The notes beneath the pieces are model-generated. The model saw nothing but the letters and a program-made list of their open reading frames with translations. It was not told where the DNA came from and ran no database searches. This document shows positions 1 to 12,400 of a stretch of 64,000 nt of DNA, piece after piece (the first letter of the stretch is position 1; each line of letters opens with the position of its first letter). Source of the DNA: Mobula hypostoma (Eukaryota); the NCBI RefSeq assembly GCF_963921235.1, contig NC_086108.1, positions 31,746,001 through 31,810,000 of the forward strand. The letters are read 5' to 3'. A program made the translations under genes and the position numbers.

Positions 1-1110
1 CTTCTCCCTAGTAGTGGCAACACCAGAAACTTCTACCCCTGACATTCTTGAACTTCTGGCATACCGCTAGTGTCCTCCACAGTGAAGACTGATGCAAAAT
101 ACTTAATTTGTTCATCCACTATTTCCTTGTCGATTACTATCTCTCCAGTATCATTTTCCAGTGGTCCAATATCTACTCTCCTCTCATTTTAATACTGTAT
201 ATCTGAATAAACTTTTGGTTTCTTCTTTAATATTATCGGCTAGATTACTTTCACATTCCAGCCTTTCCTTCATAATGACACTTTTTTAGTTGCCTTTTGC
301 TGGTTTTTAAAAGCTTCCCAATCCTCCAATTTACCACTAATTTTTGTTCTATTATATGCCCTCTCTTTGGCTTTTACGTTGGCTTTGACTTCTTTTGTCA
401 GCCAGTTTTGTCATCCCACCTTTAGAACACTTCTTTATTCTTGGGATGTGCATATCCTGTGCCTTCTGAATTGTTCCCAGATTGCCATTGCTGCTCTATC
501 ATCCTTGCTATAGTTGTTTTCCGATCAATTTTGGCCAGCTCATCTCTCATGCCTCTGTAATTCCTCTTTACCCCACTGTGATACTGACTTTAGCTTCCTC
601 CTCTTAAATTGCAGGGTGAACTCTATCATATTATGATCACTGTTCCTTAAAGATTCCTTTACCTTAAGCTTTCTAATCAATTCTGGAATTTACTCTTCAG
701 GACCTCCTCAGCTTTCCGACCTGTCATTGTTGCCAATATGGTGTCAAGACTTCTGGCTACTCACACACCCCCTTCAGAATGCCATGGATCCAGTCTAAGA
801 TAGGGCCCTGACCCTGACAACTGGAAGGCAACACTTCATACGGGTGTCTCTATCACAAACACAGAATCTCATCTCTGTTCCTCAATGGAGTCTCCATTGC
901 AGTCCACATCACCTCTCTTCTCTTCTGAGCCACAGCACCAGAGACCAGGTGTCTGTGGCTCCACCCGGTGGATTGCCCACTCAACAGTATCCAAAGTTGT
1001 TATTGAGGAGAATGGCCATAGGAGCACTCTGCACTTGCTGCCCATTTCCTTTCCTTCTCCTTACAGCTGCAAGGTTGATCCAGCCTCCAAGATACTTGTC
1101 ACTCAAATAA
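1..1110 (-). mobile_element. Decayed CR1 LINE fragment (ORF2 middle plus ORF1 remnants)
   Basis: The reverse complement resembles the CR1 copies at 26-28 kb and 38-40 kb; boundaries approximate. Confidence 0.7.
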
Positions 1111-1389
1111 TGCATTCCATATCTTCTCCAATGTTACTGTTTGCTTTCTTTCATTGCTCCAAAGCTTATCACAAGCAACAGCCAAAATGCAGGAGAAAGT
1201 TGGCTGCATCTGCGGAGGGAAATGGACAGTCGAAATTTCAGGTCAAGTCCCTTAAAGTGTATTGAAAGATAGAAGGATTACAGAGATGGTGAGAAAGGAT
1301 GGAGCAAAAGTTTCTGCTCTGCAGAATTTGTCTTGTTCCTGATTTAATGGTAGCTCTTACACCAGTCAGGCTGAAGGCGGTCAACACAA

Positions 1390-2820
1390 AAAGTTGCACC
1401 TGAACTCAATGGACACCAATATCCTTAAGAGTGGGTTTGCTAGAGTTGTTGGGGAGGGTTTAATTTAGCAGGGGGGGAACCACAGTGATAGGGCTGAGGA
1501 TGGGGCGGTTGTTATACAAGTAGATGCTCTAAACAATGTTTGTGGGAAGCTAGAGGACTGGAAAGCTTTTAAAAATCAACAGAAAGCAACTGAAAAAGCA
1601 AGGAGCAAAAGGTGAAATACAAAGGTAAGCAAGCCAATAACTTAAAAGGATACTAAAAGCTTTTTCAGATATATAAAGAGTAAAAGAAAGGTGAGAATAC
1701 ATGTCAAACAACTGGAAAATGACGCTGCGAGGTAGAACTAGGGGACAAGGAAATTGTATACAAACTTAAGTACTTTGTATCAGTCTTCACTGTGGAAGAT
1801 ATGAGCAGTATGCTTGAAATTCAAGAGCGTCATGGGACTGAAGTAAGTGCCTTTGGTATTACTAAGGAGAAGGTGTTTGGGAAGCTGATAGGTCTGAAGA
1901 TAGGTAAGAAATCCTGGACCAGATGGACTACACCCAGGGGTGCTGAATGAGGTAGATGAAGAGATTGTGGAGGCATTAGTAATCTTTTAAGAATCACTAC
2001 ATTCTGGAATGGTCCCAAATGACTGGCAAATTGTAAATATCACCCCACTCTTTAAAAAGAGAGTGAGGCAAAAGAAAGGAAATTATAGGCCAGTTAGTTT
2101 GGCTTCAGTTGTTGGGATGATGTTGGAATCCATTAAGGATGAGGTTTCAGGGTACTTCGAGGCACATGATAAAATAGGCCAAAGTCAGGAAAATTTCCTT
2201 AAGGGGAAATCTTGCCTGACATATTTGTTGGAATTCTTTGAAGAAATAACAGGCAAGATAGACAAAGGAGAGTCAGTGGATGTTACTTGGGTTTTCAGAA
2301 AGCCTTTGACAAGGCGCCACACGAGGCTAATCAACAAGAGACCATAGTATTACAGGCCCATGATATTAAAAAGACACAGATGTGAATAGAAGATTGGCTG
2401 ACTGGTAGGAGGCAAAGAGTGGGAACAAAAGGAGCCTTTCTCTGATTGGATGGCAGTGACTATAGGTGTCTGCATGGGCCAGTATTGGGAATGCTTCTTT
2501 TTAGATTTGGAAAACGAAATTGATGACTTTGTGGCCAAGTTTGCAGACAATACAAAGATAGATAGAGGGGCAAGGTAGTGTTGAGTATGCAGAATGACTT
2601 AGACAATTCAGAGAATGGGCAAATAAGTGACAAATTCAACATAGTGTAGGAAAGTGTATGGTCATGCACTTTGCTAGAAGGAATAGAAGCATAGACTATT
2701 TTCTAAATGTGGAAGAAATTCAGAAATCAGATAGAAAAGAACTTGGGAGCCCTCATACAGAATTCCTTAAAGGTTAACTTGCAGGTTGAGTCAGGGGTAA
2801 GGGTAGCAATTGCAATGCCA
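1390..2820 (+). mobile_element. Decayed CR1 LINE, reverse transcriptase region
   Basis: ORF 2009..2347 has VPNDWQIVNITPLFKK...NYRPVSL...GKSCLT. A KFADNTK (KFADDTK-type) remnant lies near 2540. Confidence 0.88.
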
Positions 2821-5029
2821 TGTGAGAAGCCTTATTCTGCCAATTTATTTCTATTATACTGTTTCTGCATTCCAAAAGAGCCAACTCTCCCTTACCCTGT
2901 GTTTTGTATAACAGGCTGATAAATAAGTTAGCCGTGGTGTACAGGGGAATGGTAGAATTTAGGATCAAGGAGAGAATAAAATGGGAGCAGGATCATTGCA
3001 AATGGGTGTTAGGCATTGACTTGATGGGCTGACGGGCCTGTTTGCCACTGTATGACTATGCTACCACTTCTGGGCATCATCTCTCACTACTCACCCCATC
3101 ACAAGCTCTCTCTATTCTCTCCTTCCCTCCCTCCATTCCCTGCACTTTGAATAAGTGTTTCTCAAACTCTTCTCAATTTGGTGTTGGGACTTTCAGTCAA
3201 AATATCAACTTTGTCCATCCACAGAAATGCTAACCTGTCTTGGTCAGTATTTCCAGTATTCTCTATTTCTATCGACTTAAGAGGAACTCTTTCAGTAAAA
3301 ATATACAATTTAGACAGAAGTAAAACTGTATTTACATTGTTTCAGATAGGCCATTCATCCTCGAAGTCCAGACACTTCAAATAATTAAGGCCAACACTCA
3401 ATTAACCAGAAGCCAATTACAGCTAATGTACAAATTCATTTGCTACTAATATGAGGGAAAGCTCCTATATGCTTAAAACATTCATCACAAGGCAGAAAAT
3501 AGACACCTTCCCTTCCAATACATCAATTCTTGTTCAACTCTGGGGAATTCCTACTCCAGTATTTTTGTTTAAATTTAGTTAACAGATATTGTCTTAAAAT
3601 GTATTCAGTAGAACTGTCCTAGAACTTAAACGATGAGAGTTCAGTGAGGACTCAAGGATATTCTGACCAGTCTTTGACCAAAATATTAAATGTTTCCTTT
3701 TCCCAGTTGCTGCTTGGATTTTTCTAGCATTTTCTGATATTGCAAACTTGAAACATTGTCTCTTTACAGAACTAATGAATATTTGCTGCATTTTCTGTTT
3801 TCATTTCAGAACCTTGTTATGCACATAATTTTTTTATTTAGTCATAGCTATTATGCCTACAACTGCTTTGTTATAAATTGTGAGAATTTTTACAAAAAAT
3901 TTCTAACAATGTTTTCATAGAGGTAGAAAAGTAGTGTCTTCTTTTCAGAGGTAGAATAGATCAATGTTAACTATGACACAGCTAGACACCATAAACTACA
4001 GAGCCTTAAGCTTCAGTGAATTGGGGGGAAAAATCTCATTCTATTGTCTCTATTCTTATCCAATCTTATTTTTCTAAAGGTTCAACATTTCCCATATTAT
4101 TGTTTGAATACTTTTGATCAGTCTTCTACGTGATTCCTCAAATTGAGTATTCCTGGCACACATTAGATAACAATTTATTAAGATCATCTTCACTTTGGTT
4201 TTTCACATTCTACTGGCACCACCTAGTGACATAACAGAGCAATATCTCAGAAGCTCAATGGATGGAGATGGTATTTTGGCAACACACAAGACCCTCTGAT
4301 CTGGAGTTAAACCTAGCCCAAACAGATGGATGCAAGCATAAAACATGAATTGTATTTAGGATATTTCAACTACTTTGTTACTGACTACCACTGAAAAATC
4401 AAACAGATTTTAAGTGCAATCTTTCTTGCCCAAAGATTGGTGAGAATATTTGACTTTCTATCACAGGGAATGGCTGAAGCAAATAGCATTGATGCATATA
4501 ATAGGACAATGAAACAAAACATGAGGGCAAAGGAAAAATGAGAGAAGCCCAGAGACTATAAATGTCAACATACTGGCTGATTTCTGCTTGTTCATCCTAT
4601 GTAATTCCAAAAATTATTACAGAAGGGACAAGAACAGAAGGCCATAGGATTTGGATCAATTTAGATCCCAGAGGGACATTTCATTTGTATCTAATTAGGG
4701 AATGCTTGTTGCTGCCAATGCACAAAATGCTGGAGGAACTCAGCAAGTCAAGCATCAATGGGAGGAGAATAAACAATCGACATTTTGGGCTGAGACTCTT
4801 CTTCAGAACTTAGTAATTTTCCTAATCCTTTACTATCTGTAAAGTTATCATTGGGTTCCCAGTTGGCTTAAGTTAAGATTTTGAGAAAAAGAGCTGAAGC
4901 CACTAATGAGTCAATCTGTCATTGACAATAGATGATCCACATGAGAAGCCTTATTCTCTATACTGTTTTAGCATTCCATCAGCGCCAACTCTCACCATAT
5001 TCTTTGTTTACTACAGGTATATCGGGCTG

Positions 5030-5580
5030 GTTAATAAAGCACTTGGCACTCAGTCATGACATTTAGGACGGGAGTTAGGACATTACATTGCAACTATAAA
5101 AGTCTTTACGAAGATGACACAGTATGCGCTCAGTTGTGGTCTTTCAGCTGGAAGGAACTTATTAAGCTGTAAAAGGTGCAGGAAAGATTCATTAGGATTA
5201 AGACTAGAGGGTTTGAGTTGTAAAGAGAGGCTAGATACATTGTGACCTTATTTCCCTGGAGCATAGGAAGCTAAAGGATGACACTACATACAGTAGTTGT
5301 ATAGAGGGGCATAGATAAGGATACAAGGTGGATGGTTACAGTTTGCGTCCCAAGGTCGATGAGTCTAAAACCAGAGCACACAGATTTAAGGCAAAAGTGG
5401 CAAGATTTAAAAGGGACCGAAGGAGAAACCTTTGAAAAGGTGTTGAGTACATGTAACAAGCTGCCATTGGCAGCCACAGAGGCAGGTCCAATTAAAATGT
5501 TTAAATGACACTTGGGCAGGGTATGCAGATAGAAAAGGTTAAGAAGAGGGATGCAGGCAAATGACACTAACTCAGGTAGT
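5030..5580 (+). mobile_element. Old CR1 3' fragment
   Basis: Degenerate match to the CR1 ORF2 C-terminus and 3' UTR seen in other copies. Confidence 0.65.
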
Positions 5581-6720
5581 TTAAAAAAAGATTAATTCAC
5601 AAACAGCAAGTAAACTGCAGGTATTTTTCAATACAACATAGTGCAAGTCTATTGCTATTGAATGACACTATTATAGTGTGATTTAAGGGCTTATTACCCT
5701 TCTCAGGTTATTGTGCAGTAAAGTGAGATGTACAAACCTCAGAGTTATATCCCACCCGGAATCATGCAAGTCCTGCTTTAGTGCATCCATCAGGGTATAA
5801 GTTATGACAATTCTTTTTTAAAAGTGTAACTTGGCCAATATCATTAATATTTTTTTGCAAGAGCTATGTCTTAGTACATCAGAAATGGATGAAACCAATA
5901 TCTCGGCAAAAGGTGCCCCAAGGATTGGAAGACAAAATTGGAGTAAGAAACAGCAAATAGGCTGCTGCTAGAGCAGAACACAATACTGTAACACCCATGA
6001 GCTGCATATTCTAATAGTCACATGGGAGCTATAATCTCATGGTCATAACAACTGGTCCTCTGGGTAGAGCTGGGTACCAAAACCATAGCAGGTCGTCAGG
6101 AAGTTTTGTGTGGGCGTGTGTGGTTTATAAGTAAAAAAGGGAAATTAACGGAAAAACAGTGCTGGAGTGAGGATGGTTGAGAAATAATGGTGTCATTATA
6201 ATTATATATTCTATCAGTAATCAGAGTGGGAAAGATACAGAGAATAAATACTGATAGTGAAGTGGTTAAACAATTATGAATGCAAATTAAAGTTCAAAAC
6301 TTACTTAAAAAGCAGGCACATTACAAATGGAGACAAACTGCAAATGCTGGAATCTGAAGCAAAAAAACTGCTGGAGGAACTCTGTGGGCCAGGCAGCAAT
6401 TGTCTAGACCCTTCATTTGGACTATGGAACCTGAACTATGGGATGGATCACAAAAACAAGATATATTCAATCTCAAACACTGTTTCAGCAACATCCTGAT
6501 CCAGCTCTGGCCACCGCTACTGAAATAAACAAAGGCCTGGAATGGTTTTACTAAAATGGCTTTCAGACAGAGGATTTCAGGTACAGCAATTAGATTGGAG
6601 GTAGCTGAAGTTGTTGTTCTAGGATGGAAAATTGAGGTGAGGGGGAGAGATGTTCAACATCATGAAGGGTCTAACCATAAGAAATAAGGACACACCCCTT
6701 TGTGGCAGTCGTCAAAAACC

Positions 6721-7515
6721 TAAGTGTAAGTGTGAGGTGGTTCATTTTGGTAGGTCAACTATGATGGCAGAATATAGTATTAATGGCAAGAATCTTGGGA
6801 GTGTGGAGGATCAAAGGGATCTTGGGGTCCCAGTCCATAGGACACTCAGAGCTGCAGCGCACGTTGACTGTGTTTAAGGCGGCATACAGTGCATTAGCCT
6901 TCAGCAATCATGGGACTGAGTTCAAGAGCAGAGAAATAATGTTACGGTTATATAGGACCCTGGTCAGGCCCCACTTGGAGTACTGTGCTCAGTTCTGGTC
7001 ACCTCACTACAGGAAGGATGTGGAAACTATAGAAAGGGTGCAGAGGAGATCTACAAGGATGTTGCCTGGATTGGGGAGCATGCCTTATGAGAATAGGTTG
7101 AGTGAACTCTGCCTTTTCTCCTTGGAAGATCAGAGGATGAGAGGTGACCTGATAGAAGTGTATAAGATGATGAGAGGCTTTGATTGTGTGGATAGTAAGA
7201 GGCTTTTTCCTAGGGCTGAAATGACTAACACGAGGGGGCACAGTTTTAAGGTACTTGGAAGTAGGTACAGAGGAGATGTCAGGGGTAAATTGTTGTTGTT
7301 TTTATGCAGAGAGTGGTGAGTGCATGGAATGGGCTGCCAGCCACAGTGGTGGAGGCAGATACGATAGGGTCTTTTAAGAGACTCCTGGATAAGTACATGG
7401 AGCTTAGGAAAATAGAGAGCTGTAGGTAACCCTAGGTAATTTCTAGCAAGTACATGTTTGGCACAGCATTGTGGGCCGACGGTCTGTATTGTGCTGTAGG
7501 TTTTCTATGTTTCTA
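6721..7515 (+). mobile_element. 5'-truncated CR1 LINE 3' end
   Basis: ORF 6783..7319 has [24 protein letters not shown]...RGDLIEVYK; ends in a TTTTCTATGTTTCTA tail. Confidence 0.92.
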
Positions 7516-7714
7516 AAGGAAATTACCTGGAATGTACTGTTGCAAAAGGTGTCAAAAGCAGATTCAATTACTGAAAGGATATTGAGCCAGTGAATGGGAT
7601 TATTTAGATTGCCCTAAAAAATAAAACCAACTTCTTAATGCCAAGCACCTTTTTGTCCTGATTTATGATTTCCTGTACTTTACTTATGAAATACTATGCC
7701 CCTTAGTTTTACTG

Positions 7715-8993
7715 GTGTAATTAAACATCCTTTATTAGGTTCCAGATCTAAAAGGGTTTTAAAAAGTAATCAACTAATCACGTGAACTGATTAAAGACAG
7801 TAAAGTGATCCATTTTATTTAGAAATTCACAGTTTTCTAATGGCACTACAGCTCTGCAGTCACATTATCCTTGTGTTCCACAGTGTTGTGCATAGCACTC
7901 ATACAAGTTTAAAAACATATAAATAAGTTGCTTAAATTTGGACCCTTTCATAGAGGCCCACAACAAACTGTCCTTAAGTTCTGTGACTGGCTAATCCGCA
8001 GATCAGCAGGGTACAAATGTACCAGAGTCAGACTCTTTTCTAAGGAGGCAAAAGGGTGGAAGAAAATTAAAACATTAAATTAGTTACATTACAAACTAAG
8101 ACAAACTTCAACTCAGCAAAAAAAAAAGCATTGGAATAAAAAGTAAAAGTGCACATTGAACTGCAAGTTAGTGATTTGACATCAGATGTTCTGCCATTAA
8201 GGAGTGCTCTTCTTGAACACACTCAAATATATACATTCCAAAAAAAAGAGCTCATTTTCATACATTAACTTTCTAATACATGCCTTAGAAATTAAAACAC
8301 TGTACCATGATGTGAAAGTACCAGGTAAGAAGCATACAAATCTGCACTCTAGTCAATTTAGAAATTTTGACTTGTGTGCATTGGACTGAATTTAAAGTTG
8401 AATTGTAAAATTAAAACAGGATTTCAAAAGGACCACCTCCCCTTCCCTCTCAAACATTTCATATTTAGTTTCTTTGGAGTCAAAACTCATCTGATGTGCA
8501 GATCATCTATAGAACTCTAGTGTTACAGTATCAAATCCCATACAATCGAAAGGAAAAAAGATGAACACAAAGTACATAAATTGGAGATGAAACATCTCCC
8601 ATTTTCAGCTACATTATAAATATACAAAAGGCACAAATATGGAAAGGTGCAAGTAGGAGGAATACAGCTCAATGCAGAAATTATGCATTAATCCCTGTTC
8701 CATCTGTACCCAGTTAATTATGATTCTTAATCCAATTAATTGCACTGTGTATCCTCTTGAGAGATTTGAGAGATTCTTCTTCTATGTCTTATATGCCTTC
8801 TTCAAAATTCACATGGAGTTGACTTGTAGAAAGATGCTCCCCATTGAAGTACAAATCACTTCTGCTTCAATTCAACCCTGCAGACAGACTCACACCAGCA
8901 GATTATTTCAAAGTTCAGGTGTTGCAAGGCCAAAAGTGTCTCGTAAACCATAAATGAGAAAGAGTGCTCCAATTCAAAGTCAATACGTTTCAA
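7715..8993 (-). other. SUCO: Probable SUCO 3' UTR with candidate poly(A) signals AATAAA at 7819-7814 and 7736-7731
   Basis: AT-rich sequence with no recognisable repeat after the stop codon, and two minus-strand AATAAA hexamers before the CR1 at about 7515. The true 3' end cannot be determined from sequence. Confidence 0.55.
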
Positions 8994-9437
8994 TCACACA
9001 TGGCCCGAAACTGTTGTGACACCAAATGCCCCAACTGTAATGTCCTTATTTCCTTTTATTATGTCATGCAAACTTGGCATTGATCCTGATTTAGTTTGCA
9101 TCAAGTTGCTAATGAACTTCGTTTGATCTGTAACCTTTGACTTTTTCTTTTTCAAAGATCGTTTGTCATTTTTAGCCTTTTGTGTTTGTCCATTGCAAAG
9201 GCTCGTGCATGCTGTGATGCCACAAAAGTAGGACTCCTCTGACTGGGATGAGGTCTCTGAACCCCCTTCAGATGGGGGATCTTTGAGCGAAGAACTATAG
9301 ACAACACCAGTGTTCGAAAAGTCACTTGGATTTGAAGGAGCTTTGCAAGGTTTTATTCCTCCATTAACTATTGGGATGACAGACTCTGTTGGTTTTACAG
9401 TTTCAACTTTCTCAATTTTTGTTCTGCAGCGCTTTTT
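8994..9437 (-). CDS. SUCO: SUCO last coding exon ([10 protein letters not shown]...[21 protein letters not shown]...[10 protein letters not shown])
   Basis: taatag|AAAAAGCGC; 148 codons ending in TGA at 8996-8994; recognisable conserved SUCO C-terminus. Confidence 0.96.
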   Translation of the reverse strand, partial: KKRCRTKIEKVETVKPTESVIPIVNGGIKPCKAPSNPSDFSNTGVVYSSSLKDPPSEGGSETSSQSEESYFCGITACTSLCNGQTQKAKNDKRSLKKKKSKVTDQTKFISNLMQTKSGSMPSLHDIIKGNKDITVGAFGVTTVSGHV

Positions 9438-12400
9438 CTATTAAATTAAAAATAAATGCTTTCAGAGGTTGTATGCTTTAAAAGTGAAATACCAGTATCT
9501 TGTTACATTTACCAGATTAAACTATTGACCGACTAGAATTAAAAGTTCAAAAAGTAAAATAAATAGCACAGTACCTTTTTATTGTCCTGTAAAAATTTTA
9601 GTGGTTCTACAATGTACAAGTCATCTGGCCCCACTGAAATAAAAAGTGGTACAAATATCAGCAGTGAAATTGATAAAAGCCATGTTTTATACTTCATAGC
9701 ACAGTCAGAGGGAAAATTTTGAATCAAATAAGTATATATAATAAAATTTTAGGACTTGGATATTAAAAGGCAACTATTTCTCATTGGGCCGAAGGGCCTG
9801 TTTTCTTGCTGTATTGCTATATGCAAATATATCTCACTTCCCTGAAGAAAAGAAAGTGAAAAGTAGAAGGGGTTTAAAAAGCAAGAATATTTCATAAAGA
9901 CATTAAAATAATTCTAAATGGATTTATTTCAAAATTATTAACATGGAGGGGGAAAATACAACTGGATTAACCTTCTTTGCTTTAGGCATTCAGAATTTAA
10001 ATTAAGTTCTTCTCAAAAGAGAAGAAGGGATGTATGTTATAACAATAACACTGTTCAAATGGATAGAAGAATGATCAGGACAGATATTTTAATGGCCTCT
10101 GTCTTAAGTAATAAGCAACTTGGGAATATGGTAGGTTTTGTTTTTATCACCAAATTTTAGCCAATTAGAGTAAGAATAAACTCATTTTACAAGCATTTTT
10201 CAAATTCTTATTTAATATGGGAATCTTTGCGTGACAGGGATCATCAAAAGATGGTAACAAAATGCCTTATTCAACTGTGAATAGCGCATATTCTTTATAA
10301 AGGTTAATACAACAAAAGCCTTCAATCAATATTAAATGCGACTCCATTATGGTTAACAATGAGAGCAAATCAGGTGACATTTTCTTCCCTGAAGTAAATA
10401 TAGCAGCTGCTTTCACAATACCAGAATTTTAAAAAACAATATACACATAAATATTCTCCAACTATCGTGAGATGTTAACTCACATTTTCTATACTTTAAT
10501 TCCAGGCCTCCTTATTCCTAGTCCAGTAACAAAATACTATGCTGCGGGGTTTTCCATTTCACGAAGGCCTCCTGGCAATTCAATGACTCCAAAACAGGGC
10601 ATGTTTTCTAAAATAGTTTAGTTATTCAGCTGGGTGCAACTTTAAGGTATCAAGAAACCGTCTTCAAATCCGTTAAGAAAACACAGCTCACATATGGCCA
10701 TGGAAGTTCTTGATACTAAAATCCTTTGTTGTTATATCTCTGAAGTTCAACTAATTCAACAGTATACACAATTAAGAAGATTCTGCTTGCACTGAGTTGC
10801 CTTGAAATGCACTGCCTTCCGATGGGTTAGCTTCACTGACTGACTTATTGCTTTGGCCCCTGAACCTTTCCTCTGGTGCTGATACACTCTTCTCTCGTGG
10901 ATTATCATTTGCTAACAAATAATGAGGGAAGAAAAACATTAAAATAAGCCAACAGTATAAATCTAATCTTTTAAACAATTATCTTATATACACTGCTCAA
11001 ATTTTTAAGTTCAATAAAGGCTTTCATAAATAAGGTAAAATGGTTGCCACTTAGATACGTACCTTCAGTTGCAGGCAGATGAAAAGATTTTGAACGAACA
11101 AGGGGAAATGACGTTCTTCTGAGAAGATTCACATCATCATAGGAAGAAAAACATCTTTATAATACAAAAGACTTTGTTAAAAGATGTATATTATTAAATA
11201 AAAATATAAACTTTCAACTTTTAACTAAAAAAGTTACAACTTAAGTTTGAACTTTAGATTTTCAATTCCAAGATAGGTCACAACAGATAGCAGATGCATT
11301 GGTCATGATCTTTCAAGAATCACTTGACTCCAGCACAGTCCCGGAGGACTGTAAGATTGCAAATATCACTCCACACCAAGAAGGGAGGAAGGCAAAAGGA
11401 AAGAAATTATAGACCAGTTAGCCTCGGGGAAATGTTGGAGTCTATTGAGAATGAGATTTCAAGGTACTTGGAGACTGATGATAAAATAAGTCAAAGTCAG
11501 CATGGTTTCTGTAAAGGGAAATCTTGCCTGACGAATCTGCTAAGAGATCTTCGAGAATTTGAGGAAGTAACAAACAGGGTAGACAAAGGAGAGGCAGTGG
11601 ATGTCATTTACTTGGATTTTCAGAAGGTGTTTGATAAGGGGCCACTTAAAAGCCTAACTAAGATGGAATAATATTTTGGTACAGTAGATTTATACAAGTT
11701 GAGTAGATCATCCTCAAAAAGCACAAGTTTAGTTTGGCAGTTAGACAGGGCAGTGAAAAAGGCATTTAGCATGCTGGCCTTCAGTCAGAACATTGAAAAT
11801 TAGAGTTGGGACATAATGCTGCAGTGTGGCAAGTCATTGGTAAGACTGTATTTGGAGTATTGTGTACAGTTTTGGCCACCCATTATAGAAGATATGGTTA
11901 AACTTGGAAAAAAAAAGTGAAGACCCAAGGATGTTAAACAAGACAAGGTGACCTGATTTATAGGGAGAGATAGGCCAGGCTGGGTCTTTATTCATTGAAA
12001 TGTAGAGAATGAGGGGCAACCTTATAGTAATGTTATCATCCCAGGGTAGGGGAATCCAAACCTCACTGACCAAGATTTACAGTGAGGGGGAGATTGAAAA
12101 GGGATGAGGGACAAATTTTTCCAAGCAGAGAGTGATGAGTTTATGGAACAAGCTACAAAAGGAAGTACAGGCCGACTTTCACTAATCCGGCACCATTGGG
12201 ACCTGATGAGTGCCGGATTAGTGAAAATGCCGAATTACAGAAGGATCACATTAAGCATAATCAGTGCCAGATTAACGAAGGAACTAGATTACAGATAGTC
12301 AAATTAGTGAGGGTCGACCTGTAGTTGAGGCAGGTACAATGGTACTATTTAAACCCCTAGATGGGTATATGGACAAGAGAGACTTCAAGGTATATGGGCC

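Noticed and set aside
12200..12230. CTGATGA...GAAA inside the MITE as a hammerhead or C/D-box snoRNA
   Set aside because: No stem II can form between the boxes. The sequence is the loop and arm of the MITE's internal inverted repeat.
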